Virus record (IMG/VR): IMGVR_UViG_3300026187_000041
Coordinates: 1 to 36,966 of that record
Source: a virus
Lineage: Duplodnaviria > Caudoviricetes
Strand: one strand, 5' to 3'
DNA: 36,966 nucleotides
Shown: one piece after another, positions 8,262 through 18,500 of the stretch
Position numbering within the stretch: the stretch's first letter is position 1
Layout: each line of letters opens with the position of its first letter
Position numbers and translations under genes: made by a program
The notes under the pieces: generated by a model
What the model saw: only the letters and a program-made list of their open reading frames with translations
Databases searched by the model: none
Told to the model about the DNA's origin: nothing

Positions 8262-8955
8262 AAGGTATTTTACTAAAATTACCGAGATTGCAATTAACGC
8301 ATATAATAATTGTGATGACCAACGAATGAAGAATAAAATCTACAATAGATTTATTCACTACCCATTCGATAAACTTTCTGAAAATGTAATCCATACATAC
8401 AAGACTTACTACTTTGAAGTTCCATATGAGGATGTAAAAGCAAATGTAGTTGCATTCCTAAATGAAAAGATTCATAAGTTCAATGGTGATAATGGTAGAG
8501 CATTCTCATACTTCACCGTAATCGCACGTAACTATTTGTTTAACGAGAACAATAAGAACTACGAACGTATGAAGGCACGAGACGGCATCGAAGTGATTGA
8601 TTCATCTCGTAATATCATCAACGAAGTATACGACCTAAAACAACAAGAAGCATTGAAAGACTTTATGGACTACTACGTTCGTTATATGGACTACAATGTG
8701 TTTATGTTATTCAACAAAGATAGAGATAGAAAAATTGCTGACTCCTTAACTGAATTATTCAGAACAAGAGATAACCTTTACTCATACAACAAAAAGGCAC
8801 TCTACATACTTATTAGAGAGAGGACTGGTGTTCAGACTCAATACATCACAAAGGTGGTTGGTAAAATGAAATTAATTTATAGAGAACTATACCTTGACTA
8901 TATGATGGGTGATGTTCTACCAATAACTCACCGAGTGGAGGAATTTAATGGATAA
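8239..8955 (+). CDS. phage RNA polymerase sigma factor, T4 gp55-like (putative late sigma)
   Basis: Region-2-like KIHKFNGDNGRAFSYFTVIARNYL (cf. gp55 AFAYFTQI..N); N-terminal YFT motif; placed just before the structural module. Confidence 0.7.
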   Translation: MGRKRKNKRYFTKITEIAINAYNNCDDQRMKNKIYNRFIHYPFDKLSENVIHTYKTYYFEVPYEDVKANVVAFLNEKIHKFNGDNGRAFSYFTVIARNYLFNENNKNYERMKARDGIEVIDSSRNIINEVYDLKQQEALKDFMDYYVRYMDYNVFMLFNKDRDRKIADSLTELFRTRDNLYSYNKKALYILIRERTGVQTQYITKVVGKMKLIYRELYLDYMMGDVLPITHRVEEFNG

Positions 8956-9310
8956 GGATAGTGAATTATTTAAAGGTAAAAGTTTCTCGGATATAATGTC
9001 TGATATATACTCAAACCAAAAAAAGAAAGACCGACAAATTAAATTGTTGATTGCACAACTTGAACCTATGGTCAAGAACCTCAACGATGCTGCTGTGGTC
9101 GTTCCCCTTATTAAAGAATACTTAGACATCTCAGTAAAGAACGATGATGCATTAATCAAACTTGCTGCAATCGTTCAACGAATGATGAAGGATAGTAATA
9201 GTGGAGAGTCGGGTGGTCTAATCCTAAGTGATGAAGAGAAGCGCCAACTGATGGATGCTATCGATGAGGTAGAGAAAGACATCCCTAAAGAAGATGGAGA
9301 TGATGAATGA
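8948..9310 (+). CDS. helical hypothetical protein
   Basis: 120-aa ORF overlapping both neighbours. Confidence 0.8.
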   Translation: MDKDSELFKGKSFSDIMSDIYSNQKKKDRQIKLLIAQLEPMVKNLNDAAVVVPLIKEYLDISVKNDDALIKLAAIVQRMMKDSNSGESGGLILSDEEKRQLMDAIDEVEKDIPKEDGDDE

Positions 9311-10323
9311 AGTTAGGAACAGTAGTTGGGGTATATCTTTCGGATGATACCTACGAAAACTTTAATTCTATAACCGTATCCCTAAGAGATAGAGGTTCTA
9401 AAAATTTATTAAGATGCACACCCTTGGACACCAACTCACGGAAGATACCCGTGATTGGTGAACAAGTGTATGTATTGGTAGGTAATTCAGATGAAGCATC
9501 AGGTGCTTCTAACTCTACAAAGAATTATTATCTATCAACGGTTGGTATACAAAACAATGTAAACCATAATGCTCTACCAAAGTTAACCAAAGCAGAGGGT
9601 AGTTCAGTACCAAACTTTGGTCAAGTATCAAATGGTATACCAGCACAATCATCAACTGATAGTCCAAACGATTTGGGTATTGGATTTGAAGAGGTGAGTA
9701 ACTTATCACAATTACAACCATTCATTGGTGATGTAATTCACGAGGGTAGGTTTGGGCAGTCTATAAGATTTGGATACACACCACAGGGGACTAAGGGTAG
9801 TGACAATCGAATCAAAGGTGTTGTTACTGAGCCATCTTGGAAATCAACTGACCCTAAGTCACCAATTACTATAATTAGAAATGGTGCTGGTGAATCACGT
9901 GGATATAATAAATTTGTGATAGAAGATATCAATAAAGATGACTCATCAATTTGGTTAGGGTCTAAACAAACTATTGGACTAACCCCATCCAACTCATTTA
10001 CACTTGGAGTAACACCCACTAACTTATATAAGAATCCACAAATCGTATTGAACTCTGACCGAATCGTATTGAACTCAAAGTCAGACTCAGTTTTAATTAG
10101 TGGTGACAAGTCGGTAAATGTATCAACTCCAAATTGGAAAGCCGATATGGATGTGATATTCAGTCAGTTGGAATCGATAACTGATGCACTATTACAATTA
10201 GCACCTGCTATAACTGCAGCTACTGCAGGACCTTTCCCAGTTCCAAGTCTTGCTACTGCAGGACCTCAATTGTTATCGACAATTACACAAGTCAAAACTC
10301 AGTTAACATTAATGAAACAATAA
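9307..10323 (+). CDS. baseplate hub/central spike protein (gp5/VgrG-like OB fold plus beta-helix)
   Basis: PVIGEQVYVL OB-fold motif, GDVIHEGRFGQSIRFG, repeated QIVLNSDRIVLNSK beta strands; lies upstream of gp25-like and gp6-like genes. Confidence 0.6.
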   Translation: MKLGTVVGVYLSDDTYENFNSITVSLRDRGSKNLLRCTPLDTNSRKIPVIGEQVYVLVGNSDEASGASNSTKNYYLSTVGIQNNVNHNALPKLTKAEGSSVPNFGQVSNGIPAQSSTDSPNDLGIGFEEVSNLSQLQPFIGDVIHEGRFGQSIRFGYTPQGTKGSDNRIKGVVTEPSWKSTDPKSPITIIRNGAGESRGYNKFVIEDINKDDSSIWLGSKQTIGLTPSNSFTLGVTPTNLYKNPQIVLNSDRIVLNSKSDSVLISGDKSVNVSTPNWKADMDVIFSQLESITDALLQLAPAITAATAGPFPVPSLATAGPQLLSTITQVKTQLTLMKQ

Positions 10324-10337
10324 TTATACTTAGATAA

Positions 10338-10345
10338 TATTTATA
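10338..10345 (+). promoter_or_regulatory. putative late-promoter motif TATTTATA
   Basis: 3 nt upstream of ATG 10349. Confidence 0.5.
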
Positions 10346-10348
10346 ACT

Positions 10349-10846
10349 ATGGATACAAAGAAACTAATCAAAGCAATTCAACTCATTATTAAAGAAGAGG
10401 TTAGGAAGGAAGTGGCTAAAGAAAAGAAAGCACTTCGTAAATCTCTTATGAACGAAATGAAAAAATCTCAACCACAAGTGGTGGAAAGAGACCCATTGGA
10501 TATTGAGCACGTTTTTGAACAAAGAACTCAACAACCAACTCAACCTGCTAAATCATTTACTAACAATTCTATGTTGAATGAAATGTTAAATGAAACTGCT
10601 CAAGGTGGTGAGTGGAGAAGTATCAACTCAAACGGAGTTGGTGGTGGTATGTTTAACTCATCACAAGCACAAGCATTTGGTGGTGGCATGATGAATCAGC
10701 AACCACAAGTTTTACAAACAGCAGAAGGTCGTGCCGTATCTACTGAGCAACTACAACAAACTGAAGCAGGTCAAGCAGTGGTAAATGCACTAACACGTGA
10801 CTATTCTAAGTTGATGAAACATATGAATGATAAGAAGGGTAAATAA
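10349..10846 (+). CDS. hypothetical virion-associated protein
   Basis: 165 aa; IIKEEV, LMNE and MLNEMLNE motifs, Q/G-rich middle. Confidence 0.8.
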   Translation: MDTKKLIKAIQLIIKEEVRKEVAKEKKALRKSLMNEMKKSQPQVVERDPLDIEHVFEQRTQQPTQPAKSFTNNSMLNEMLNETAQGGEWRSINSNGVGGGMFNSSQAQAFGGGMMNQQPQVLQTAEGRAVSTEQLQQTEAGQAVVNALTRDYSKLMKHMNDKKGK

Positions 10847-11280
10847 TGCCAATTCGTAAAGAGTATAAGAGAAATCCATTAGACCTTAAACCAAACAAGG
10901 CTATTGGTGTAAAGTTACCATTAGGTGGTGACCCTATATTTCAATTGTCTTATACTACCGAAGACCAAGCATTATCCAATCTCAAAAACTTATTATTGAC
11001 TCGTAAGGGTGAGAGACCATTTCAACCATTATTTGGTTCAGACATTTTCTCATTACTATTTGAACAAATAACAGAAAATCTAAATACGGAGTTAGAAGAC
11101 TCAATCAGAGATGATATTAGATTTTGGTTACCTTACATTATAGTAGATGATGTGAGTGTTGATACTGAAGAAGATAATAACAAAGTATCAATCACATTGA
11201 GAGTTAGAGTTACCGAAAATGGTGCAAATACACAAATAACAATACTCGTTACCGAACAAGGTAATGTTTCTATTGTCTGA
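10846..11280 (+). CDS. baseplate wedge protein, gp25-like
   Basis: NLKNLLLTRKGERPFQPLFGSDIFSLLFE...IRFWLPYI is the GPW/gp25 signature. Confidence 0.92.
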   Translation: MPIRKEYKRNPLDLKPNKAIGVKLPLGGDPIFQLSYTTEDQALSNLKNLLLTRKGERPFQPLFGSDIFSLLFEQITENLNTELEDSIRDDIRFWLPYIIVDDVSVDTEEDNNKVSITLRVRVTENGANTQITILVTEQGNVSIV

Positions 11281-11289
11281 GGATAGAAG

Positions 11290-13203
11290 ATGGCAGATAA
11301 AGTAAAAAAAGATGTAAACTTAGTTGGTAGGGATTTCGGTGATATCCGTAAGAACCTAATTGACTTTACTAAAAACTATTTCCCAAATACCTACAATGAC
11401 TTTAATGAGTCATCTCCAGGTATGATGTTTATGGAAATGGCTTCATACGTTGGTGATGTATTATCATACTACACCGATGTTCAGTTAAGAGAATCCATCT
11501 TAGAAGAAGCACAAGAAACATCAAATGTATTTACAATAGCACAATCATTTGGATACAAACCAAAGTTATACGTTCCTGCTACAACAACCCTAACAGTCTA
11601 TCAATTAGTTCCTGCTCAGGGGAGTGGTGATAACGTAAGACCAAACTTTGATTACGCACTCACTTTAAAAGAAGGCATGGTAGTTGGGTCATCAACAAAC
11701 TCAGATGTTGAATTCACCACCATAAATAAAGTAAGATTTGGGTTTTCATCATCATTCGACCCAACCGAAGTATCGGTTTACCAAATCGATGAGACTACTG
11801 ATGAGCCAGTATATTACCTACTCAAAAAATATGTAAAAGCAGTTAGTGGTAAAGAGAAAGAAGTAACCTTTGATTTCGAATCACCAAAACCATACGACAA
11901 GATACGATTATCTGATGATGAAGGTTTGATTGATGTTATAGAAATCATAGATGATGATGGTGATGAGTGGACTAAGGTGGAGTACTTAGCACAGGATACT
12001 GTGTTTGAAGAACTACCAAATACAACCGACTACTCAATCGCTATGTCGGGTTATGCTAATGAGACTCCTGCTTTACTCAAACTAAAAAGAGTTCCTAAAA
12101 GATACATAACTCGTATTACTGATGAGGGTGAGATTGATATTCAATTTGGTGCAGGTGTATCATCGAATGCTGATGAAGAGATTCTACCAAATCCAGATAA
12201 TGTTGGTTCAGCATTATATCCAGCAAGTGGTGACCTTGACCAAGGTATCGACCCATCTAACTTTATGTATGCTAAGACCTATGGAGTTGCTCCATCAAAT
12301 ACAACTTTAACTGTTAAGTATAGAGTTGGTAATGGTGTGGATGACAACGTACAATCCTCAGACCTTACTGAATTGGTAGAACGTGTAATTGAAACCGACA
12401 CTTCAGCATTGGTAAGTGATGTTGTTAATGTTGTACAAAATTCAATCGCAGTCACTAACGAAGTAGCAGCAGGTGGTGGTGCATATGAAGAAGAGATTGA
12501 AGAAGTTCGTAATAATGCAATAGCATATTTCAGAGCACAAAATAGAGCAGTGACTCGTGAAGATTACTTGTTGAGAGCATACGCATTACCACCACAATTT
12601 GGGTCGGTAGCAAAAGCATATGTTGCACCTGACTTCCAAATCAATACATTATTGGATGATGGTATAGACCCAATTCCAAACCCATTAGCCATCAACTTCT
12701 ATACATTAGGGTATGACTCTAATAAGAAATTGACTCAACTAAATCCTGCAACAAAACAAAACCTACAAAACTACCTATCGTATTATCGCATTCTAACCGA
12801 TGCCGTAAACATTAAGAATGCATATGTGGTAAACATTGGTATTGACTTTGAAATTATTGTTCTTCCAAACTACAACTCGAATGAGGTTCTATTAAAATGT
12901 ATCGATGCACTTAAAAAGTTCTTTGATATTGATAGGATGGGAATCAACAAACCAATCCAACTTACTGATGTGTATGTGTTATTAGATGGTGTCGATGGAG
13001 TTCAATCAGTAGTAAGACCTGATAAAGAAGGATTGGGTGGATTACAAATAGTAAACAAGTATGGTGGTAATTACTCATCAAACAAATATAACATCCAAAA
13101 CGCAACTCGTGATGGTATCGTGTATCCACCAAAAGACCCAACGTGTTTTGAAGTGAAGTATCCCGATGTAGACATCAAAGGCCGTGTGGTATCATTATTT
13201 TAA
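11290..13203 (+). CDS. baseplate wedge subunit, T4 gp6/baseplate J-like
   Basis: DFGDIRKNLI...YNDFNESSPGMMFMEMASYVGDVLSYY, IQFGAGV, YRVGNG, AQNRAVTREDY. Confidence 0.9.
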   Translation: MADKVKKDVNLVGRDFGDIRKNLIDFTKNYFPNTYNDFNESSPGMMFMEMASYVGDVLSYYTDVQLRESILEEAQETSNVFTIAQSFGYKPKLYVPATTTLTVYQLVPAQGSGDNVRPNFDYALTLKEGMVVGSSTNSDVEFTTINKVRFGFSSSFDPTEVSVYQIDETTDEPVYYLLKKYVKAVSGKEKEVTFDFESPKPYDKIRLSDDEGLIDVIEIIDDDGDEWTKVEYLAQDTVFEELPNTTDYSIAMSGYANETPALLKLKRVPKRYITRITDEGEIDIQFGAGVSSNADEEILPNPDNVGSALYPASGDLDQGIDPSNFMYAKTYGVAPSNTTLTVKYRVGNGVDDNVQSSDLTELVERVIETDTSALVSDVVNVVQNSIAVTNEVAAGGGAYEEEIEEVRNNAIAYFRAQNRAVTREDYLLRAYALPPQFGSVAKAYVAPDFQINTLLDDGIDPIPNPLAINFYTLGYDSNKKLTQLNPATKQNLQNYLSYYRILTDAVNIKNAYVVNIGIDFEIIVLPNYNSNEVLLKCIDALKKFFDIDRMGINKPIQLTDVYVLLDGVDGVQSVVRPDKEGLGGLQIVNKYGGNYSSNKYNIQNATRDGIVYPPKDPTCFEVKYPDVDIKGRVVSLF

Positions 13204-13213
13204 GAGGTAGAAA

Positions 13214-15274
13214 ATGATTTATAGAATATATCCAAGTAAAGACACAACACTATACGAAGACACTTCTCGTAAAAACCAAAACACAGGTAAGGATGAGATT
13301 TTAGAAATCGGTAAGTTCTACGATACTGATAATACAACCCTATTGGGTAATAGTCGTGCTCTTATAGAATTCGACCTAAGTTCAATTTCATCATCAGTTG
13401 TATCGGGTGAAATTACATCACCACAATATAGATTACGTGCTGAGAATGTTGAGAGTCGTGGTATCGCATCATCGTATGATTTATACGTATTCCCTATCAG
13501 AGAGTCGTGGGATAATGGTGTTGGGTCTGAAGCAGACACTCCACATAATACATTAGATTCAACGTGGGTCAACCGAATCAGTGCTTCTGCTTGGGATACA
13601 CAAAACTCAACTGTTGATAAAGCAAAGACACCGGGCAGTATTGCTGCACTTGAAACATACTATGACTTTGTTGATACTACTGGGTCTTTTGAATTAATAG
13701 ACCAAATAAAAGGTACTGATGGGACACCTCCACGATTAAGAATAGTAGATAGTAAATTGGAATTGTCTGCATCCAACTATGGAGGTGCTACATTAAATAT
13801 ATCAGCATCGAGTTTGAAATTAGATTCAATATATAATGTTGAATTTGATTTACAATTAGGTGGTTTAAATGGTGTTGATTTTAGAGTTTACGACCCAAAT
13901 AACGATGCACTCACAGAAGGTGAACTATCAAACTATGCAGAAACATTATCTACAAATGGTACATACACATTTGCATTTACTGCGAGTATTGCTGGTTTAT
14001 ATAAAATACAAATGTCATACTTTGATTCAAATGGGTATGTCAATGGCACATCTGGAACAATTGATAATTTCATAATTTATAGAGAGGTTGACCGAAACAC
14101 TCTAATCTTAGATGAATTTGATATTAATGGTCCAGTACCAAACACCTATTTTTTAAACAATGGCATTACTGGGGCATCTAACAATACGGCAAGTATATAT
14201 GTAGAAAATCAAAAACTTTTTATGAGAGCATCAAATTTTGCAGGTGCTACATTAAATAGGGGTTACGTTCTCCAAGCCGGAGTTCCATACACCTCAAGTT
14301 TTGAATACGATACCCTTAATATGCCAAGTGGTATTGATTTCGTGATGTTAGACCCAGATGGTCGAAGTCTAAGAGATAACGAGATTGTAAATAAACCAAC
14401 TAATTTAACAGGTGCCGGTACTTCAAGTTTCTTTATAACACCACAACAAGATGGTGAGTATTTATTTACTTGGGAATTCTTTGGGTCTGGGTCATCCGAT
14501 TATAGTTCTTCATTAGACAACTTTACATTAAAAACTGATTATAGTTTAATTAATACATCATCTGCATATTTAGATATCTTTTACGATGCACGTTGGGCTG
14601 TTAATGAGGGTGGTGGTACTTGGTACACTGCATCATTTACAAATGGAGTTCATTACAAGCAAACATTTAACAATTATACTGATAACTTAAATGTAGAGGT
14701 TACTGAGTATGTAAATGAATGGTTGGATGGAACACGTAGTAATAATGGTATCATTGTTAAAAAGACCAACGATGCCGAATCTGATAGTAGAAAATATGGT
14801 TCAATCAAATTCTTTTCATCTGATACCAACACAATCTACCCACCAGTTCTTGAAGCAAGATGGGATGATTCATCATTTGATACTGGCTCATTAGACCCAT
14901 TGAGTGGTGATGATATTATATTATATGTTAAGAACCTCGCAACTGAATATAAGGAAACTTCCAAAGGTAAGATTAGAGTATTTGGTAGAGACCGATTCCC
15001 AGCAAGAACATTCTCGACCACTTCTAACTATAAGTTAGTTAAATACCTACCAACTACCTCGTATTACTCGGTAGTTGATGCTGATACGGAACAAGTAATT
15101 ATTCCGTTCGACACTAATTATACTAAACTGAGTTGTGATTCCGAAGGTAACTACTTTAACTTTTGGTTCAACGGATTACAACCAGAACGATTCTACAAGT
15201 TTGTATTTAGAGTAGACCTAAATGGGACTACTAAATATTACGATGATAATTTCTACTTTAAGGTGGTTAGGTAA
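13214..15274 (+). CDS. virion protein: DNRLRE-like domain with two inserted beta-sandwich repeats
   Basis: KDTTLYE...SRALIEFDLSSI at the N-terminus; VTEYVNEWLDG...NNGIIVK...FFSSDT...PVLEARW later; two homologous repeats between them. Confidence 0.7.
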   Translation: MIYRIYPSKDTTLYEDTSRKNQNTGKDEILEIGKFYDTDNTTLLGNSRALIEFDLSSISSSVVSGEITSPQYRLRAENVESRGIASSYDLYVFPIRESWDNGVGSEADTPHNTLDSTWVNRISASAWDTQNSTVDKAKTPGSIAALETYYDFVDTTGSFELIDQIKGTDGTPPRLRIVDSKLELSASNYGGATLNISASSLKLDSIYNVEFDLQLGGLNGVDFRVYDPNNDALTEGELSNYAETLSTNGTYTFAFTASIAGLYKIQMSYFDSNGYVNGTSGTIDNFIIYREVDRNTLILDEFDINGPVPNTYFLNNGITGASNNTASIYVENQKLFMRASNFAGATLNRGYVLQAGVPYTSSFEYDTLNMPSGIDFVMLDPDGRSLRDNEIVNKPTNLTGAGTSSFFITPQQDGEYLFTWEFFGSGSSDYSSSLDNFTLKTDYSLINTSSAYLDIFYDARWAVNEGGGTWYTASFTNGVHYKQTFNNYTDNLNVEVTEYVNEWLDGTRSNNGIIVKKTNDAESDSRKYGSIKFFSSDTNTIYPPVLEARWDDSSFDTGSLDPLSGDDIILYVKNLATEYKETSKGKIRVFGRDRFPARTFSTTSNYKLVKYLPTTSYYSVVDADTEQVIIPFDTNYTKLSCDSEGNYFNFWFNGLQPERFYKFVFRVDLNGTTKYYDDNFYFKVVR

Positions 15275-15549
15275 TGGCGGAAAGACAAATAAGAAGAAAT
15301 GGTAGAGGTCAGATAATCTCATACGAGATATTTGGTGCATTGGATTCCAACATCGAGTCTGACTCTTATGGTAAGTCACGATTCACCAATTCGGGTGAGA
15401 ATGGTACTAAGGTTTCTAAGTTCGTGGAAGCTTCATATAATAATATTATAGACACCACAATATCAGATGAATTAAGAAGACCACTAAGAGATACTAATTT
15501 AAATGTAGAATTGGGTGAAGTCGCTCTTAATTTTGTGGTAGGTACGTAA
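15274..15549 (+). CDS. small hypothetical structural-module protein
   Basis: 91-aa ORF translationally coupled (TAATG) to the upstream gene. Confidence 0.75.
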   Translation: MAERQIRRNGRGQIISYEIFGALDSNIESDSYGKSRFTNSGENGTKVSKFVEASYNNIIDTTISDELRRPLRDTNLNVELGEVALNFVVGT

Positions 15550-15550
15550 T

Positions 15551-18500
15551 ATGGCATTAGATAGATTCCTAAATAAAGAACAAGTAACTGGGTTTACTCC
15601 GACATTTGGCAAAACAATTGAAGGGGTTCAAACTCAAGAATTGTTTTTGTCAGATAATGAAGTCAAGGGTGACTTTGATTTAGTTGCTGGTTTGGATTTT
15701 ACACCAAATCAAGAACTACATATTTACTCTGATGAGAATCTCATACAATCGACTTATCGTGGATTTATTCAATCAGACAATAGGTCCTCACGACCTGAAG
15801 TATATACTATTCCAGAATTAGATTTAAGAAACCTTGGCATTCAACAAGGTTCTTACTCATTAGTATATAACTTTCACCATAACATAGTAGAGAACCTAAA
15901 AATATTAGAAATATCATCTGATAGAACTGAGATTAAGGTTGAATACGATAGTAACGCTGATAACAATTTAGTTCCACAAGCATTATCCGATAGAGGTGTT
16001 AATGCGTTTGACACAAATGGTGTAAAAAAAGACTTCGTTATAAACTTTAAAAATAATAATATCTATGATATTGTTAATATGGAGTTTGATGGTTTACGAG
16101 TTGGAGTGGTTACTGAAACATTATCATACCCAACTTCGTTCTTTTCTGAGGCAAATGGTCAAAATTCACAACCAACTACATTTGTGCCATTCGATAGTAC
16201 ATTCGAAGGGTCACTTGGTCGTTGGAGAACTATGGTTGAGGTCATAACACCTGCTATTGGACAATCATCTAATGACTTTGGTAAGTTAACGGGTCGGTTT
16301 AGAAAGTATGCACTAAACCAAAATCCAGATGGTACACTATTTTGGCAAGCAGGTCAAAAGATATTCAATCAACAAGTTCCAGATGATTTGGCAACAAACG
16401 AGGTTGATTTACAAGATGCTATTAATAATAACGATGATATATTTGTACAAACTCTAAGTCCTAATGCTTTAAACTTAACCTACAATCGATTTGATAATAG
16501 TGTGGATACAATCCAATCTATTACTTTCAAATTGAATCGACCATTGGGTGAAGATATTGCAGAGAATGATATTGGTGATTTAGATGCTCGTATTATGAAG
16601 TCTTGGGTTGAGAAGATTATTGCATTCCCAAGTATCCAAAACGAAGATAGACCAGACTTCTCTGAACCAGACTTCTCATTAGATATGTCTGATTACAAAG
16701 GAGCCGATGGTGTTGATTGGCAGAATTGGAATTCATTATTAGATGTAAATGCAACAACATCACAACAACTAATAAACAAATACTTTAGTGGGTCTCTTGG
16801 AAATGTAACTCTAAATATAGATTACTCAGACTTCCAAAACTTTGTACACTTCTCTTCAGCAACTGAACGAGTTGATAACTTTAAATACAAACTGCAACAA
16901 ATAGAAACCTATGATGCACGTATAAACACATTGGAAAGTGTAAGTGGGTCAGATGCACTTACAAACATATCACAATCAATGGTTCGTAGAGATAGAATCA
17001 TCGGTGGGTTCGATGACTTTGAAAAGTATCTATACTACGATACTGATGCAAACATATATACCCATTGGTCTTCTTCTGATTATACAATAGAACCATATCC
17101 AAAACAAAGCACATACCCACACATTCTAAGAAGTACAACTTCAAACGAAGGTGTGAATTGGTACAATGGTGTATATGCATCAGCATCCCTATATGATGAG
17201 TTCAATGATGCACAGCTTCGTAAAATGATTCCAATTCATCTTAGGAATGATGAACGTAACGAAGAGTACACCACATTTGTGGATATGATTGGTCAGCACT
17301 TTGATATCCAATGGACTTACATCCAATCATTAACCACTATTAACGAAAGAGAAGAACACCCTAAAGATGGTATGGCAGATGACTTACTAAAGTCAATTGC
17401 TGATTCATTGGGTTGGAAACTATCAAACGGATATTCAGATGTATCACTTTGGAAATATGCTTTAGGGGTTGAGTCCGATGGTACGTTAAATCAGACTGGC
17501 ACATTAAAGTCTAAGTCACGAGAAGAGATTACAAAAGAAACTTGGAGAAGGATTGTAAATACAATTCCTATGTTATACAAGACCAAGGGGTCTGCAAGGT
17601 CAATCAAGGCATTGTTATCATCATATGGAATTCCACAAGCATTCTTAAAGATTCGTGAGTGGGGTGGTCCTGCAATCTCAACTCGTAAGAACGTTTACGA
17701 ACACGAGAGATTTGTATACAAATTACAAGCATCTCCATCTAAGTACATCTCAAACCCTTGGGATGGTATCCAATCCGATAGACCAAACTCGATTGAGGTA
17801 ATTGGTAAAATGCCACAAGGTAATTACCACATCCTACGATTGAGTGATGGTAGTGATAATGTAGATTATTTTTGGGATTACACCAACGAGACTGCAAGAA
17901 TTAGATTGAGTGTAAATGATACCGATATTATTTCATCTTCATATGTTCCTTACAAACAACGTAAGGAAGTTGCAATGGTTTTAACTTCGGGTAGTATTGA
18001 AATCAATGCAGCTTGGGTTGATGATTGGGGTGAGGTGCTTGCTAATCCACAAGCAACCTTGAGTGGTAATAACTCTACATTCAATTCAGTTTGGACATCT
18101 ACTGGTACTCTTAGAGTTCCAGGTCCAACTACCGATGCTAACGTAAACTCATATGAAACTGCAAGTATCCAAGAGGTTAGGTATTTCCGTGACTCAATCA
18201 CAAATGAGATTACTACGGAGCATGCAAAGAATAGAGAAGCATACTTTAGTGATGACAATACAACTGACTTAGACATCGACACTTCGTTTGATAAGTTAAT
18301 GTATCGTATATTCCCCGATAGTTCGTTTGCTACTACATCAAGTTATATTAGGTCGATACACCCAAACCAAGAGTTTACTCAGTCGGATAGTGGATTGGTC
18401 TTATCTGCATCTTTAGTAAATATGGCACCATTGGATTTGGTGGGTGAGGTTGATACTCAGTTCGTAACTGTACCATCTATGGGTGCATTGAATTTGATGA

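Noticed and set aside
8948-9310. Possible terminase small subunit
   Set aside because: Size and helical character fit, but there is no diagnostic motif and no large terminase gene nearby.
10041-10266. Short exact duplications aatcgtattgaactc (x2) and gctactgcaggacct (x2)
   Set aside because: Both are in-frame and encode repeated peptides (IVLNS, ATAGP) of the spike protein; no sign of a separate DNA function.
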